Below are positions 12,846 to 32,575 of a stretch of DNA of 64,000 nt, in pieces; the stretch's first letter is position 1, and every line of letters begins with the position of its first letter. The DNA is from Macrostomum lignano (lineage: Eukaryota): NCBI GenBank assembly GCA_002269645.1, contig NIVC01003707.1, positions 1-64,000 of the forward strand. Direction: 5' to 3'. The notes under the pieces are model-generated. The model was not told the origin of the DNA. It made no database searches and was given only the letters and a program-made list of their open reading frames with translations. A program made the translations under genes and the position numbers.

Positions 12846-13244
12846 GAAAAAAACGGTCTGGTACAAAATGACTGTTTAGTTTTGTTTGTGTTTATTGTCT
12901 GCACTAATTAAATAATAATAAACTTAATGTACGACCGAATTTATTAAATAAATTTCAGGCTGTGAGGTGCAGCAGATTCAGTCTGGAGATCCGTGTGTCT
13001 CGAAATGCTGAGAGTTGAATCTCAGCTGCAGTTACTTTTATTGTCATCTGACCCACTGCGACCCGACAAAACTTGCTGATTAAGTGCATCGAACCTTCAA
13101 CTGTCACTGCTTCAAGAGGCAGCAAAAGAGTTGCAAAAATACAAAGAGACAGGGGCAGCCACCGTCAGAGGAATTTTGCTTGCAATGCTCAGATCTTTGA
13201 GCTGTTTTTTTCTGCTTCTTTCTTTGCTTGACATTTCTTAAAAG

Positions 13245-13870
13245 AGATGAAGGGAGGGGATTGTGGCTGGTCGGGAGATGGAGGGAGAGGAGTGTGGTAG
13301 GTCGAGAGATGAAGGGAGAGGATTGTGGTAGGTTGTGAAATGAAGGGAGAGGAGTGTGGTAGGTCGAGAGATGAAGGGAGAGGATTGTGGTAGGTTGTGA
13401 AATCAAGGGAGAGGAGTGTGGTAGGTCGGGAAATGAAGGGAGAAGGATTGTGGCTGGTCGGGAGATGAAGGGAGAGGACTGTGGTAGGTTGTGAAATGAA
13501 GGGAGAGGAGTGTGGTAGGTCGAGAGATGAAGGGAGAGGATTGTGGTAGGTTGTGAAATGAAGGGAGAGGAGTGTGGTAGGTCGGGAAATGAAGGGAGAA
13601 GGATTGTGGTAGGTCGGGAGATGAAGGGAGAGGATTGTGGTAGGTTGTGAAATGAAGGGAGAGGAGTGTGGTAGGTCGGGAAATGAAGGGAGAAGGATTG
13701 TGGTAGGTCGGGAGATGAAGGGATAGGATTGCGATAGGTCGGGAGATGAAGGGAGAGGAGTGTGGCAGGTCGGGAGATGAAGGGAGAGGACTGTGGCTGG
13801 TCGGGAGATGAAGGGAGAGGACTTTGGTAGGTCGGGGGATGAAGGCAGAGGATTATGGTTAGTCGAGAAG
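13245..13870 (+). repeat. About 37-38-bp minisatellite (GGGAGATGAAGGGAGAGGAGTGTGGTAGGTC-like)
   Basis: Direct reading. Confidence 0.9.
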
Positions 13871-14149
13871 GAAGTCGCTTATCATATCCTATGCTTTTCA
13901 AACCATACATAATAAATAATTAGATTACAGACTGTGAGGAAATCAAGTCAGACAAACCGACAACCCAAAGAATAATGAGACATGAGCTTGGGGAGTCTTT
14001 GCTGCTGACATCAGAGCCTCTGCATGTGGCTGTCAGATGAATTTAGTTTTTTTCATTCAAAACTACCGGCTTTGACTGTGGGCAGGGTTGATGCGCTTAG
14101 AAGTCTTGAATGTCACAGAACGAATCACACCGAGCAGCTTTAATCAAAG

Positions 14150-14152
14150 ATA

Positions 14153-14191
<39 letters not shown>

Positions 14192-14193
14192 GG

Positions 14194-14252
<59 letters not shown>

Positions 14253-14253
14253 A

Positions 14254-14342
<89 letters not shown>
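14150..14342 (+). repeat. (GACA)n microsatellite
   Basis: Direct reading. Confidence 0.97.
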
Positions 14343-14780
14343 CTAGGGCATCCAGTCAGACACTAGGGCATCCAGTCAGACACTAGGGCATACAGTCAGA
14401 CACTAGGACATACAGTCAGACACTAGGACATACAGTCAGACACTAGGACATACAGTCAGACACTAGGACATACAGTCAGACACTAGGACATACAGTCAGA
14501 CACTAGGACATACAGTCAGACACTATAGGACATACAGTCAGACACTAGGACATACAGTCAGACACTAGGACATACAGTCAGACACTATAGGACATACAGT
14601 CAGACACTAGGGCATACAGTCAGACACTAGGACATACAGTCAGACACTAGGACATACAGTCAGACACTAGGACATACAGTCAGACACTAGGACATACAGT
14701 CAGACACTAGGACATACAGTCAGACACTAGGACATACAGTCAGACACTAGGACATACAGTCAGACACTAGGACATACAGG
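14343..14780 (+). repeat. 20-bp minisatellite (AGACACTAGGACATACAGTC)n abutting the GACA tract
   Basis: About 21 units, a few with an AT insertion. Confidence 0.95.
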
Positions 14781-15092
14781 TAGACGCTGACAAAAGGCAG
14801 AGAAAAAAGAAAAAGACACAAAAGACTTTCCTGATTGCCAATTATTTCCACATAATTCTTCCATTGCTCTAATATTAATGAACCAATTATCCAATCCACG
14901 TTCAAGACCGTTGGCTGAAGCAATTTTTTACGCAAAAGTCAGAAAGTAGTCTTAACGCAGCTTGGAGTGAACAGCCAGCCTCAGTCCTCGTGTTCAATTA
15001 TTGGCTGGCATGACCACTACGGACTGGAAGTTTGTCAGGCCAAGCTGCATCAAATAGGCTTCATCCGACATGAACAAAGTAGAGACAGCGTC

Positions 15093-15758
15093 ATGGCCAG
15101 CAACAGCAGCAGCGACACGGCCACGGCCGGTTGGAATTTCTTCCTTGGCGACACCATCGTGATCCTGGTGGTGGGCCTGGCCGCGGCCATCCTGCTGGCC
15201 TACTGCCTGTTCCGCTGCTGCTTCCGCGACCATCCGTCCTGCCCGCCCAAGGACATCGAGCGCATGGTCGAGGAGGACGACGACTCCGACTCAGACGATT
15301 ATGACGACTTGACTGACGATGACGGCAACAACGAAGGCGACTCTGGCGATGTTGCAAGCGACGAAGAAGAAGAAGGCGCTCAGGAACTCGAGTGTTGGCA
15401 GTATTTCGGCATGGCAACCGATGAAGAGTGGCACCAGGAGTTCGACAGCAGCGCTGGCAGCAGCGAAGCTGAGCAGCCCTGCTCCCACCAGCTGCACGAG
15501 GGCGGGGAAGCGTCGGTGGTCACGGCGGTGCACCACCAGCACCCGTCTTGCAGTCGGCCGCTGCTGTTGCAGTCGCCGCAGGCCTCGCCATTGAGCTCCG
15601 CAGCGTCGGTGCTGGCCCAGCTGCAGCGGCAGCACCGGTGGCGGCAGCTGAGGCGGCTTCAAATGATGGAGCAGCGGCAGCTGATGCCGGCTCAGACTCT
15701 GGTGCAGCTGCAGCCCGACAGCGAGGGAGGCACTGCGACCAGGGTTGAGTTGCTGTGA
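15093..15758 (+). CDS. Orphan single-pass membrane protein (about 221 aa) with acidic and Gln/His-rich cytoplasmic tail
   Basis: ATG at 15093 ([14 protein letters not shown]). Hydrophobic [19 protein letters not shown] followed by RCCFR. Asp/Glu tract. GC-rich codon usage like the exons of the neighbouring genes. Confidence 0.55.
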   Translation: MASNSSSDTATAGWNFFLGDTIVILVVGLAAAILLAYCLFRCCFRDHPSCPPKDIERMVEEDDDSDSDDYDDLTDDDGNNEGDSGDVASDEEEEGAQELECWQYFGMATDEEWHQEFDSSAGSSEAEQPCSHQLHEGGEASVVTAVHHQHPSCSRPLLLQSPQASPLSSAASVLAQLQRQHRWRQLRRLQMMEQRQLMPAQTLVQLQPDSEGGTATRVELL

Positions 15759-15759
15759 T

Positions 15760-15925
15760 GGATAGATAGATATGGGTATAGATATGGATATAGATATAGA
15801 TATAGATATAGATATAGATATAAATAGTTATAGTTATAGGTATAGACATGCATATGGGTATAGGTATAGATAATAGATATAGATGTTGGTACATGTATAG
15901 ATATAGATATAGATATAGATACGGC
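15760..15925 (+). repeat. (GATATA)n-type microsatellite right after the ORF stop codon
   Basis: Direct reading. Confidence 0.9.
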
Positions 15926-16344
15926 ATAGAGACAGTACAGTGAAGTCCAGTTTTGCAGCCGCCAGCCCATATCACGACAAGTCACACTACTGCGTCAGAT
16001 ATTGTCGGAGAAATATTGTTGTACTTTAATGTATGAATTGGCATAATCTGACAAACAGTAATCTCCATATTAGTTGATAACAATGCATAACTCCTCAATA
16101 ATCGCTAGACTAAATATTTTAAGCAAAGTGCATCTGATTGTGCCCTCCCTCTATGCAAACTTTTGCATTCCTCTAACTACGAGCGTAATTGTATTTGAAA
16201 GTTGCGACTTAAGTATGTCTTGCCAGCTTCACCCAGAAACGTCATTGCCACTTCAGATTGTATATTAAATATGCACTTGCGTGGATAGCAATTATCAATT
16301 ATTAGAGTCTTATAATGCTACTTCTGTTATATTTGATTTGGGGC

Positions 16345-17010
16345 GATGGGGAGAGATAGGGAGAGATGGGGAGAGGAGACATGGGGAGAGATAGGGAGAG
16401 ATGGGGAGAGAAATGAGGGGAGATGGAAAGAGATGGGGAGAGATGGGGAGAGCTGGGGAGAGATGGGGAGAGATGGGGAGAGGAGGGTAGAGATGGGGAG
16501 AGATAGGGAGAGATGGGGAGAGATGGGGAGAGAAATGAGGGGAGATGGAAAGAGATGGGGAGAGATGGGGAGAGCTGGGGAGAGATGGGGAGAGATGGGG
16601 AGAGGAGGGTAGAGATGGGGAGAGAGATGAGGGGAGATGGGGAGAGATGGGGAGAGAGATGAGGAGAGATGGGTAGAGAATAGGAGAGAGATGAGGGAGA
16701 GATGGGGAGAGAGATGAGGGGAGATGGGGAGAGATGGGGAGAGAGATGAGGGAGAGATGGGGACAGATGGGAGAGAGATGAGGGAGAGATGGGGACAGAG
16801 GGGGAGAGAGATGAGGGAGAGATGGGGAAAGAAAAGGGGAGAGAGAATGGGGGAAAGATGGGGAGAGATGGAGAGAGATGGGGAGAGATGGGAAGAGATG
16901 AGGAGAGATGGGAAGAGATGGGGAGAGAGATGGGGAGAGAGATGGGGAGAGATGGAGAGAGATGGATGGAGAGAGAACGTGAGGGATAAAGAGAATGAGA
17001 GAGGCAGATG
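16345..17010 (+). repeat. Purine-rich (GGGGAGAGAT)n-like array
   Basis: Direct reading. Confidence 0.9.
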
Positions 17011-17489
17011 AGGAAGTAGAGAGGATAAATATCTGTGAAAGCTAGGGTGCATGGCGCAAAGTGCACAGCATATTCCCCAGTCCAGTCAGTGTCACTCGTG
17101 TCAGTCCAGCGCACTGCACTGACTGGCAAGCAAGCGGGTAATTTCTGCCAAAGGATTTGTGAAACCCATTAATGTTTGGCTGCACAGCATTCAACAATGC
17201 ATCAAAGCGAAGTCTTAACCGCTGCACCTCAGCTTCTGAAGCGCAGATTTTAGAGTTTGATCTTGCAAAGGTCCAATACTTGACAGCTGTATGGACCAAT
17301 GCGGTAGTTGTGATTGACTAACTGACTGCCTACTGCTCCTCTGGGGCTGCAAGTGCCGATTCTACCGTTAAACTTTTGCGTCTTGGCAGCAGTGCCTTTC
17401 TATATGCTGAAATATTGGACTGCTTTTACATGCCCCGGTTTTTAGTAACTTCGGTTTCGTTCATCTCTAACCCCACAAGTTTCACATTC

Positions 17490-19650
17490 TCTCAAACTCT
17501 CAAATCTATTCTCTATCATTGCCATCTCTATCATTTCTATTCTCGTCTCTTTTCTCTATCATTGCTATCTATATCATCTCATCTCTCAACTCTATTCTCT
17601 ATCATTGCCATCTATATCATCTCATCTCTCAACTCTATTCTCTATCATTGCCATCTATATCATCTTATCTCTTAACTCTTTTCTGTATCATTTTCATCTA
17701 TATCATCTCATCTCTCATCTCTATTCGCTATCATATTGCCATCTATATCATCTCATCTCTCATCTCTATTCTCTATCATTGCCATCTATATCATCTTATC
17801 TCTTAACTCTTTTCTGTATCATTTTCATCTATTTCATCTCATCTCTCATCTCTATTCGCTATCATATTGCCATCTATATCATCTCATCTCTCATCTCTAT
17901 TCTATATCATTGAAATCTATATATCATCTCATCTCTCATCTCTATTCTCTATCATTGACATCTATATCATCTCATCTCAACTCTTTTCTGTATCATTTCC
18001 ATCTAATCATCTTATCTTTCATCTCTATTCTCTATCATTGACATCTATATCATCTCATCTCTCATCTGTATTCTCTATCATTGCCATCTATATCATCTCA
18101 TCTCTCATCTCTATTCTCTATCATTGCCATCTATATCATCTCATCTCTTAACTCTTTTCCGTATCATTTTCATCTATATCATCTCATCTCTCATCTCTAT
18201 TCGCTATCATATTGCCATCTATATCATCTCATCTCTCATCTCTATTCTCTATCATTGCCATCTATATCATCTTATCTCTTAACTCTTTTCTGTATCATTT
18301 TCATCTATTTCATCTTATCTCTCATCTCTATTCGCTATCATATTGCCATCTATATCATCTCATCTCCCATCTCTATTCGCTATCATTGAAATCTATATAT
18401 CATCTCATCTCTCATCTCTATTCTCTATCATTGACATCTATATCATCTCATCTCAACTCTTTTCTGTATCATTTCCATCTAATCATCTTATCTTTCATCT
18501 CTATTCTCTATCATTGACATCTATATCATCTCATCTCTTAACTCTTTTCCGTATCATTTTCATCTATATCATCTCATCTCTCATCTCTATTCGCTATCAT
18601 ATTGCCATCTATATCATCTCATCTCTCATCTCTATTCTCTATCATTGCCATCTATATCATCTTATCTCTTAACTCTTTTCCGTATCATTTTCATCTATAT
18701 CATCTCATCTCTCATCTCTATTCGCTATCATATTGCCATCTATATCATCTCATCTCTCATCTCTATTCTCTATCATTGCCATCTATATCATCTTATCTCT
18801 TAACTCTTTTCTGTATCATTTTCATCTATTTCATCTTATCTCTCATCTCTATTCGCTATCATATTGCCATCTATATCATCTCATCTCCCATCTCTATTCT
18901 ATATCATTGAAATCTATATATCATCTCATCTCTCATCTCTATTCTCTATCATTGACATCTATATCATCTCATCTCAACTCTTTTCTGTATCATTTCCATC
19001 TAATCATCTTATCTTTCATCTCTATTCTCTATCATTGACATCTATATCATCTCATCTCTCATCTGTATTCTCTATCATTGCCATCTATATCATCTCATCT
19101 CTCATCTCTATTCTCTATCATTGCCATCTATATCATCTCATCTCTCATCTCTATTCTCTATCATTGCCATCTATATCATCTTATCTCTTAACTCTTTTCT
19201 GTATCATTTTCATCTATTTCATCTCATCTCTCATCTCTATTCGCTATCATATTGCCATCTATATCATCTCATCTCTCATCTGTATTCTCTATCATTGCCA
19301 TCTATATCATCTCATCTCTCATCTCTATTCTCTATCATTGCCATCTATATCATCTCATCTCTCATCTCTATTCTCTATCATTGCCATCTATATCATATCA
19401 TCTCTCATATCTTTTCTCTATCATCATTCCTATCTATATCATCTAAACTCTCATCTCTATTCTCCATCATTCCCATCTATATCATCTCATCTCTCATCTC
19501 TTTTCTCTATCATCATTCCTATCTACATGTATATCATCTCAACTCTCATTTCTATTCTCTATCATTCCTTTCTATATCATGTCATCTCTCATCTCTATTC
19601 TCTATCATTGCTTTCTATATCATCTCAACTCTCATCTCTGATCTCTATTA
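17490..19650 (+). repeat. TC/AT-rich minisatellite (about 43-bp TATCATCTCATCTCTCATCTCTATTCTCTATCATTGCCATCTA) with 131-bp and about 476-521-bp higher-order periodicity
   Basis: Repeated pseudo-ORFs start at 17605/17736/17867, 18081/18212/18343 and 18602/18733/18864. Confidence 0.92.
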
Positions 19651-20064
19651 ACCAGTCACTGATGTCATCAGTTTATCATGTGTTGTGAGAACTCTTCAGC
19701 GTCCTCAATATTGTCAACGAGTTCATGCAAGCAAAAATTGATACGAGCATGCAGCCAAAAAGTTCGCTAAAAAGGTCTTGCTTGCTTTTTTAAAGCAGAC
19801 TGAGAGAAGATGTTCGTATTTTTCTGTGTGAAAAAATTCATTTTTTGGCGTAGCCTGGCACCACAAGATGACTGACCATTGCTGAGGCCTCCCATCCAGT
19901 CTTTCGTGACCACTGATTAGCAACACGAAGTTGCGTGCAACAGCTTGGCAAATTCGATTCTAAGAAACTTGCTGTGAATTCAAGGACGTTTTCAAGGTGA
20001 ATCTGGATTGGAAAACCCTTAAAAATTGGAATATTTTCTTTTAAATCCATTGAACTTTATAGTA

Positions 20065-20570
20065 ACATGTTTATCGATTGTTGATGTTGTTGTTGCTTTT
20101 GTTCTTGTCGTTTTCGTTGTTTTTGCTGTTTTTATTGTTGTTGTTGCTAATGGTGGCATTGTTATAGTTGCTGTCATTTTTGTTGTCACTGTTGTTACTG
20201 TTGTTGTTGTATTTGTTGTTTCTCTGTTGCTACTTTGTTGTTGTTGTTATTATTTTTGTTGCTTCTTTGTTGTTGTTGTTTTTTTTGTTGTTGCAGCTGT
20301 TTTTTTTGTTACTTTAGTTGTGGCTTTTGTTGCTTCTGTTGTTTTTTTGTTGTTGTTTTTGTTGTTGTTGTTGCTATCGCTTTTGTTGTTTATTTGTTGT
20401 TGTTGTTGTTGTTTTTGTTGTTGCTTTTGCTGTTTCTGTTGTTGTTTTGGTTGTTTTTGTTGTTGTTGTTGTTTTTTTGTTTTTAGATGATTCTTTCTTG
20501 TTGTTGCTGTTGTTTTTGCTTTTGTTGTTGTTTTGGTTGTTTTGGTTGCTGTTGCTATTTTGTTGTTGGT
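20065..20570 (+). repeat. Degenerate (TTG)n microsatellite
   Basis: Direct reading. Confidence 0.9.
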
Positions 20571-20977
20571 AATTTGACGATGTTATAAAAGATATTACTA
20601 GTCTGATATAAGCTGATTCCATTTGGCAAGCAGCGGCACACTGTTAAGCTTTTTAGAACACCATGCCGATTGCAGCCAAGACTTGAAGACTCGAAGCTGA
20701 GGGGCAGGCAGGTTCCAAAGCCAACCCGTTTCCATCATATTTCGTTTGGCATAACTTGTTCAGGCATACAGAAAAACAAGGCAATGTTGTGAACTGGCGG
20801 GAGAGCTTCAGAAATTCAGAGCTTCAAGCAGACGGCTGCCTGTCGGGTGCCCCTGTTTTACATGCGCCAAGTTTTTTAATTGGTTCGCTGTGTCTGCGCC
20901 CTCCGCTTCCGACAGACGTGGCCGAGGCTGTCTGCCGAAACCCGGAAAGACAAACTTGACCTGGTAAGACTAATTTG

Positions 20978-22270
20978 AAACCTGAATCTGAATCCGAATC
21001 TGAATCTGAATCCAAATGTTGAATCTGAATCTGAATCTGAACTTGAATCTGAACCTGAATCTGAATCTGAATCTGAATCTGAATCTGAATCTGAATCTGA
21101 ACCTGAATCTGAATCTGAACCTGAATCTGAATCTGAATCTGAACCTGAATCTGAATCTGAACCTGAATCTGAATCTGAATCTGAATCTGAACCTGAATCT
21201 GAATCTGAACCTGAATCTGAATCTGAATCTGAATCTGAACCTGAATCTTAATCTGAACCTGAATCTGAATCTGAATCCGAATCTGAATCTGAATCCAAAT
21301 GTTGAATCTGAATCTGAATCCGAATCTGAATCTGAATCCAAATGTTGAATCTGAATCTGAATCGGAATCTGAATCTGAACCTGAATCTGAACCTGAATCT
21401 GAACCTGAATCTGAATCTGAATCTGAATCTGAATCTGAACCTGAATCTGAATCTGAACCTGAATCTGAATCTGAATCTGAACCTGAATCTGAATCTGAAC
21501 CTGAATCTGAATCTGAATCTGAATCTGAATCTGAATCTGAATCTGAACCTGAACCTGAACCTGAATCTGAATCTGAACCTGAATCTTAATCTGAACCTGA
21601 ATCTGAATCTGAATCCGAATCTGAATCTGAATCCAAATGTTGAATCTGAATCTGAATCCGAATCTGAATCTGAATCCAAATGTTGAATCTGAATCTGAAT
21701 CTGAATCTGAATCTGAACCTGAATCTGAACCTGAATCTGAATCTGAATCTGAATCTGAATCTGAATCTGAACCTGAACCTGAATCTGAATCTGAATCTGA
21801 ATCTGAATCTGAATCTGAACCTGAACCTGAACCTGAATCTGAACCTGAACCTGAATCTGAATCTGAATCTGAATCTGAATCTGAATCTGAATCTGAACCT
21901 GAACCTGAATCTGAATCTGAATCTGAATCTGAACCTGAACCTGAACCTGAATCTGAACCTGAACCTGAATCTGAACCTGAATCTGAATCTGAACCTGAAC
22001 CTGAATCTGAACCTGAACCTGAATCTGAACCTGAATCTGAATCTGAATCTGAATCTGAATCTGAACCTGAACCTGAACCTGAACCTGAACCTGAACCTGA
22101 ATCTGAATCTGAATCTGAATCTGAATCTGAACCTGAATCTGAACCTGAACCTGAATCTGAACCTGAACCTGAATCTGAACCTGAACCTGAACCTGAACCT
22201 GAACCTGAATCTGAACCGGAACCTGAATCTGAACCGGAACCTGAATCTGAATCTGAATCTTAATCTGATT
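20978..22270 (+). repeat. Hexamer array of GAATCT/GAACCT variants with recurring CCAAATGTT marker units
   Basis: Direct reading. Confidence 0.95.
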
Positions 22271-22869
22271 CCAAAATGGAAGACAAAGAAATGTTCCATA
22301 AGCTGGCCATTTAAAAGTTGCCTGTTCAGAGTCCAGTCTTTTTTCCTAATAGCATTTTACAACCGGGTCTGGACGCAAGTCCGCCGACACAGGGACTAGA
22401 CAGAATCTACTGACTACGACAAGAGGTATTTAATAATTAATGATCATACGTCAAATCAGATGGATAGCCATAAACCTAATAAGCCACCATTGTGTTAACT
22501 GGGATTCCTTTGAATATTAAATCAGTGTGCTGCAGTGCATTCAGTGAGATTTCCTACCCGGAGATAAAAAAACCGCTCAGGCATGAAGACTCTGCTGGAT
22601 TGTGGAATTTTAGTGCGTGAACTTTGCCTCTGTCATACCGCAGTTCAAAGTATTTTCATTTAACAAAGTTCAGTTTGTTTACGTTTGGTTCATCCTACCC
22701 TGGGGGATAAGTTTGTTTTATTTCTTTTTAAAGCATTTTCTATGAATTCATTAAAAATGGAAAATTTTGAATTTTCTTAATAAGTCAGTAGCATTAGGTT
22801 TGCGGATATATCTGATAATTTAGTGCCAATGTAACCAATAACATGGGCTCCGATAAAAGAGAGGGTAGA

Positions 22870-23895
22870 CAGGGGGTAGAGAAGGTGAGGAGGTAGAGAG
22901 AAAGAGGAGAGGGTAGTGAGTGGAGGGGGAGAGGATAGAGAGGGTAGAGGGAGAGAGTAGAGAGGGTAGAGAGGGTAGAGAGGTAGAGAGTGTAGAGAGG
23001 GTAGAGAGTGTAGAGAGGGTAGAGAGGGTAGAGAGGGTAGAGAGGGTAGAGAGGGTAGAGAGGGTAGAGAGGGTAGAGAGGGTAGAGAGGGTAGAGAGGG
23101 TAGAGAGGGTAGAGAGGGTAGAGAGGGTAGAGAGGGTAGAGAGGGTAGAGAGGGTAGAGGGAGGGAGTAGAGAGGGTAGAGAGGGTAGAGAGGGTAGAGA
23201 GGGTAGAGAGGGTAGAGAGGGTAGAGGGAGGGAGTAGAGAGGGTAGAGAGGGTAGAGAGGGTAGAGAGGGTAGAGAGGGTAGAGAGGGTAGAGAGGGTAG
23301 AGAGGGTAGAGAGGGTAGAGGGAGGGAGTAGAGAGGGTAGAGAGGGTAGAGAGTGTAGAGAGGGTAAAGAGGGTAGAGAGGGTAGAGAGGGTAGAGAGGG
23401 TAGAGGGAGGGAGTAGAGAGGGTAGAGAGGGTAGAGAGGTAGAGAGTGTAGAGAGGGTAGAGAGGGTAGAGAGGGTAGAGAGGGTAGAGAGGGTAGAGGG
23501 AGGGAGTAGAGAGGGTAGAGAGGGTAGGGAGGGTAGAGAGGGTAGAGAGGGTAGAGAGGGTAGAGAGGGTAGAGGGAGGGAGTAGAGAGGGTAGAGAGGG
23601 TAGAGGTAGAGAGTGTAGAGAGGGTAGAGAGGGTAGAGAGGGTAGAGAGGGTAGAGAGGGTAGAGGGAGGGAGTAGAGAGGGTAGAGAGGGTAGAGAGGT
23701 AGAGAGTGTAGAGAGGGTAGAGAGGGTAGAGAGGGTAGAGAGGGTAGAGAGGGTAGAGAGGGTAGAGAGGGTAGAGAGGGTAGAGGGAGGGAGTAGAGAG
23801 GGTAGAGAGGGTAGGGAGGGTAGAGAGGGTAGAGAGGGTAGAGAGGGTAGAGAGGGTAGAGAGGGTAGAGAGGGTAGAGAGGATAGAGGGAGAGG
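22870..23895 (+). repeat. 9-bp (GAGAGGGTA)n purine-rich array
   Basis: Direct reading. Confidence 0.95.
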
Positions 23896-24624
23896 AAATG
23901 GATAGCAGTAAGATTCAGACAGACAATGCATATCAGATGGTGAATCTCATACCAAAGAATCTCCAAGAGAATCGCCTCTGTCAAAGCCTGGGTCAAAAAG
24001 TACGCAAAGAGTTTGTTTATCTTGCATATTTGAAACCTATTCATACACTAAGAACTGTATCTACATGCCTAAGGTTATAGTAAATCATCTATCCATCGGT
24101 AAGATTATTTTCGAAAGCTTTCATTCACTTTCCATCATTTTAAGCCCTGTATTTTTTGCCCACGTTGACAAGAAAATCGCATATGCGGTCGCTGCGGTGG
24201 TACGAGGCCAAAAAACAGGCCACCACGCATGATTGATTTCCCGCGCCTTCCAACTGCTGAGTTTCTAGACTTGAACAAAACCGGCAAACCTTGAATAGAA
24301 TAACACTGAAAATCAGAGCTTTGAGGCTATTCGTCTTAAATATATTGATTAGAAGTTTTTAGAAAACAGAAGTTCAGCAACCGAGTATTGATAATACTAG
24401 TAGTACAATTTGAGTCTAAAAAATACTGCACACAGGAAAAATAACAATAGAGAATTACTGGTATTCGTAGTATAACAAAATTAATTTTAATGACCAAATT
24501 TCTATTGAGATTTGCATGACTTTGAAGTAATAAATAGCTTATTCATTTCTTCTCATTTCTCTGGCTCTCTCGTGATGGTATAAGAATTTAGATACTCTTA
24601 GATAAAAATAGGCTATAAAGATGG

Positions 24625-24845
24625 ATGCCTCCAGTGTACATTACAGCTCCTCTACCCTCCCAGTGTACATTCCAACTTGTCTATCCTCCCAGTGTATTCC
24701 AACTTGTCTATCCTCCCAGTGTACATTCCAACCCCTCTATCCTCCCAGTGTACATTACAACCCCTCTACCCTCCTAGTGTACATTCCAACCCCTCTATCC
24801 TCCCAGTGTACATTACAAATTCTCTATCCCCCGGTGTACATTCCT
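24625..24845 (+). repeat. About 29-bp minisatellite (CCTCCCAGTGTACATTCCAACCCCTCTAT)
   Basis: About 7 degenerate units. Confidence 0.85.
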
Positions 24846-25236
24846 TTCCCGGCTAGCTAAAATTTTATCAAGAAAAAGAGAGATATGAGAGGAAGAGAGA
24901 CAAAAGTATGAATAATGTGGATCTATACCCCGGACGTACAAGTGAGAACGCACAAGTGCATATTAGCTTTAACGCGCACTAATTTTTGGTAAAAATCAAT
25001 ACTGTGTTTATGAAAAGAATACAACTTTGTATGACAGCTGAGCACGGAAGGGGAGCAGCTCTACTGTGTAACGCTTTTATTAAATTTAAAAAGATCTATT
25101 TTTAGTTCAATTGAGATTTCGTTAAGCCAACCAATAATACATTGGATTGATAAAACATAAATCAAGATTCCTTCGACCAAAACTTAAAAGCAAAATAAAT
25201 AGTTTTCTGTCCTCGTCTTCATCTCAAATCTCACTC

Positions 25237-32575
<7,339 letters not shown>

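Noticed and set aside
20970-23931. Long ORFs such as (LN)n, (RF)n, (ES/EP)n and (LPS/LYP)n
   Set aside because: Stop-free frames produced by 6- and 9-bp repeats; several frames and both strands are open, with no splice or codon evidence.
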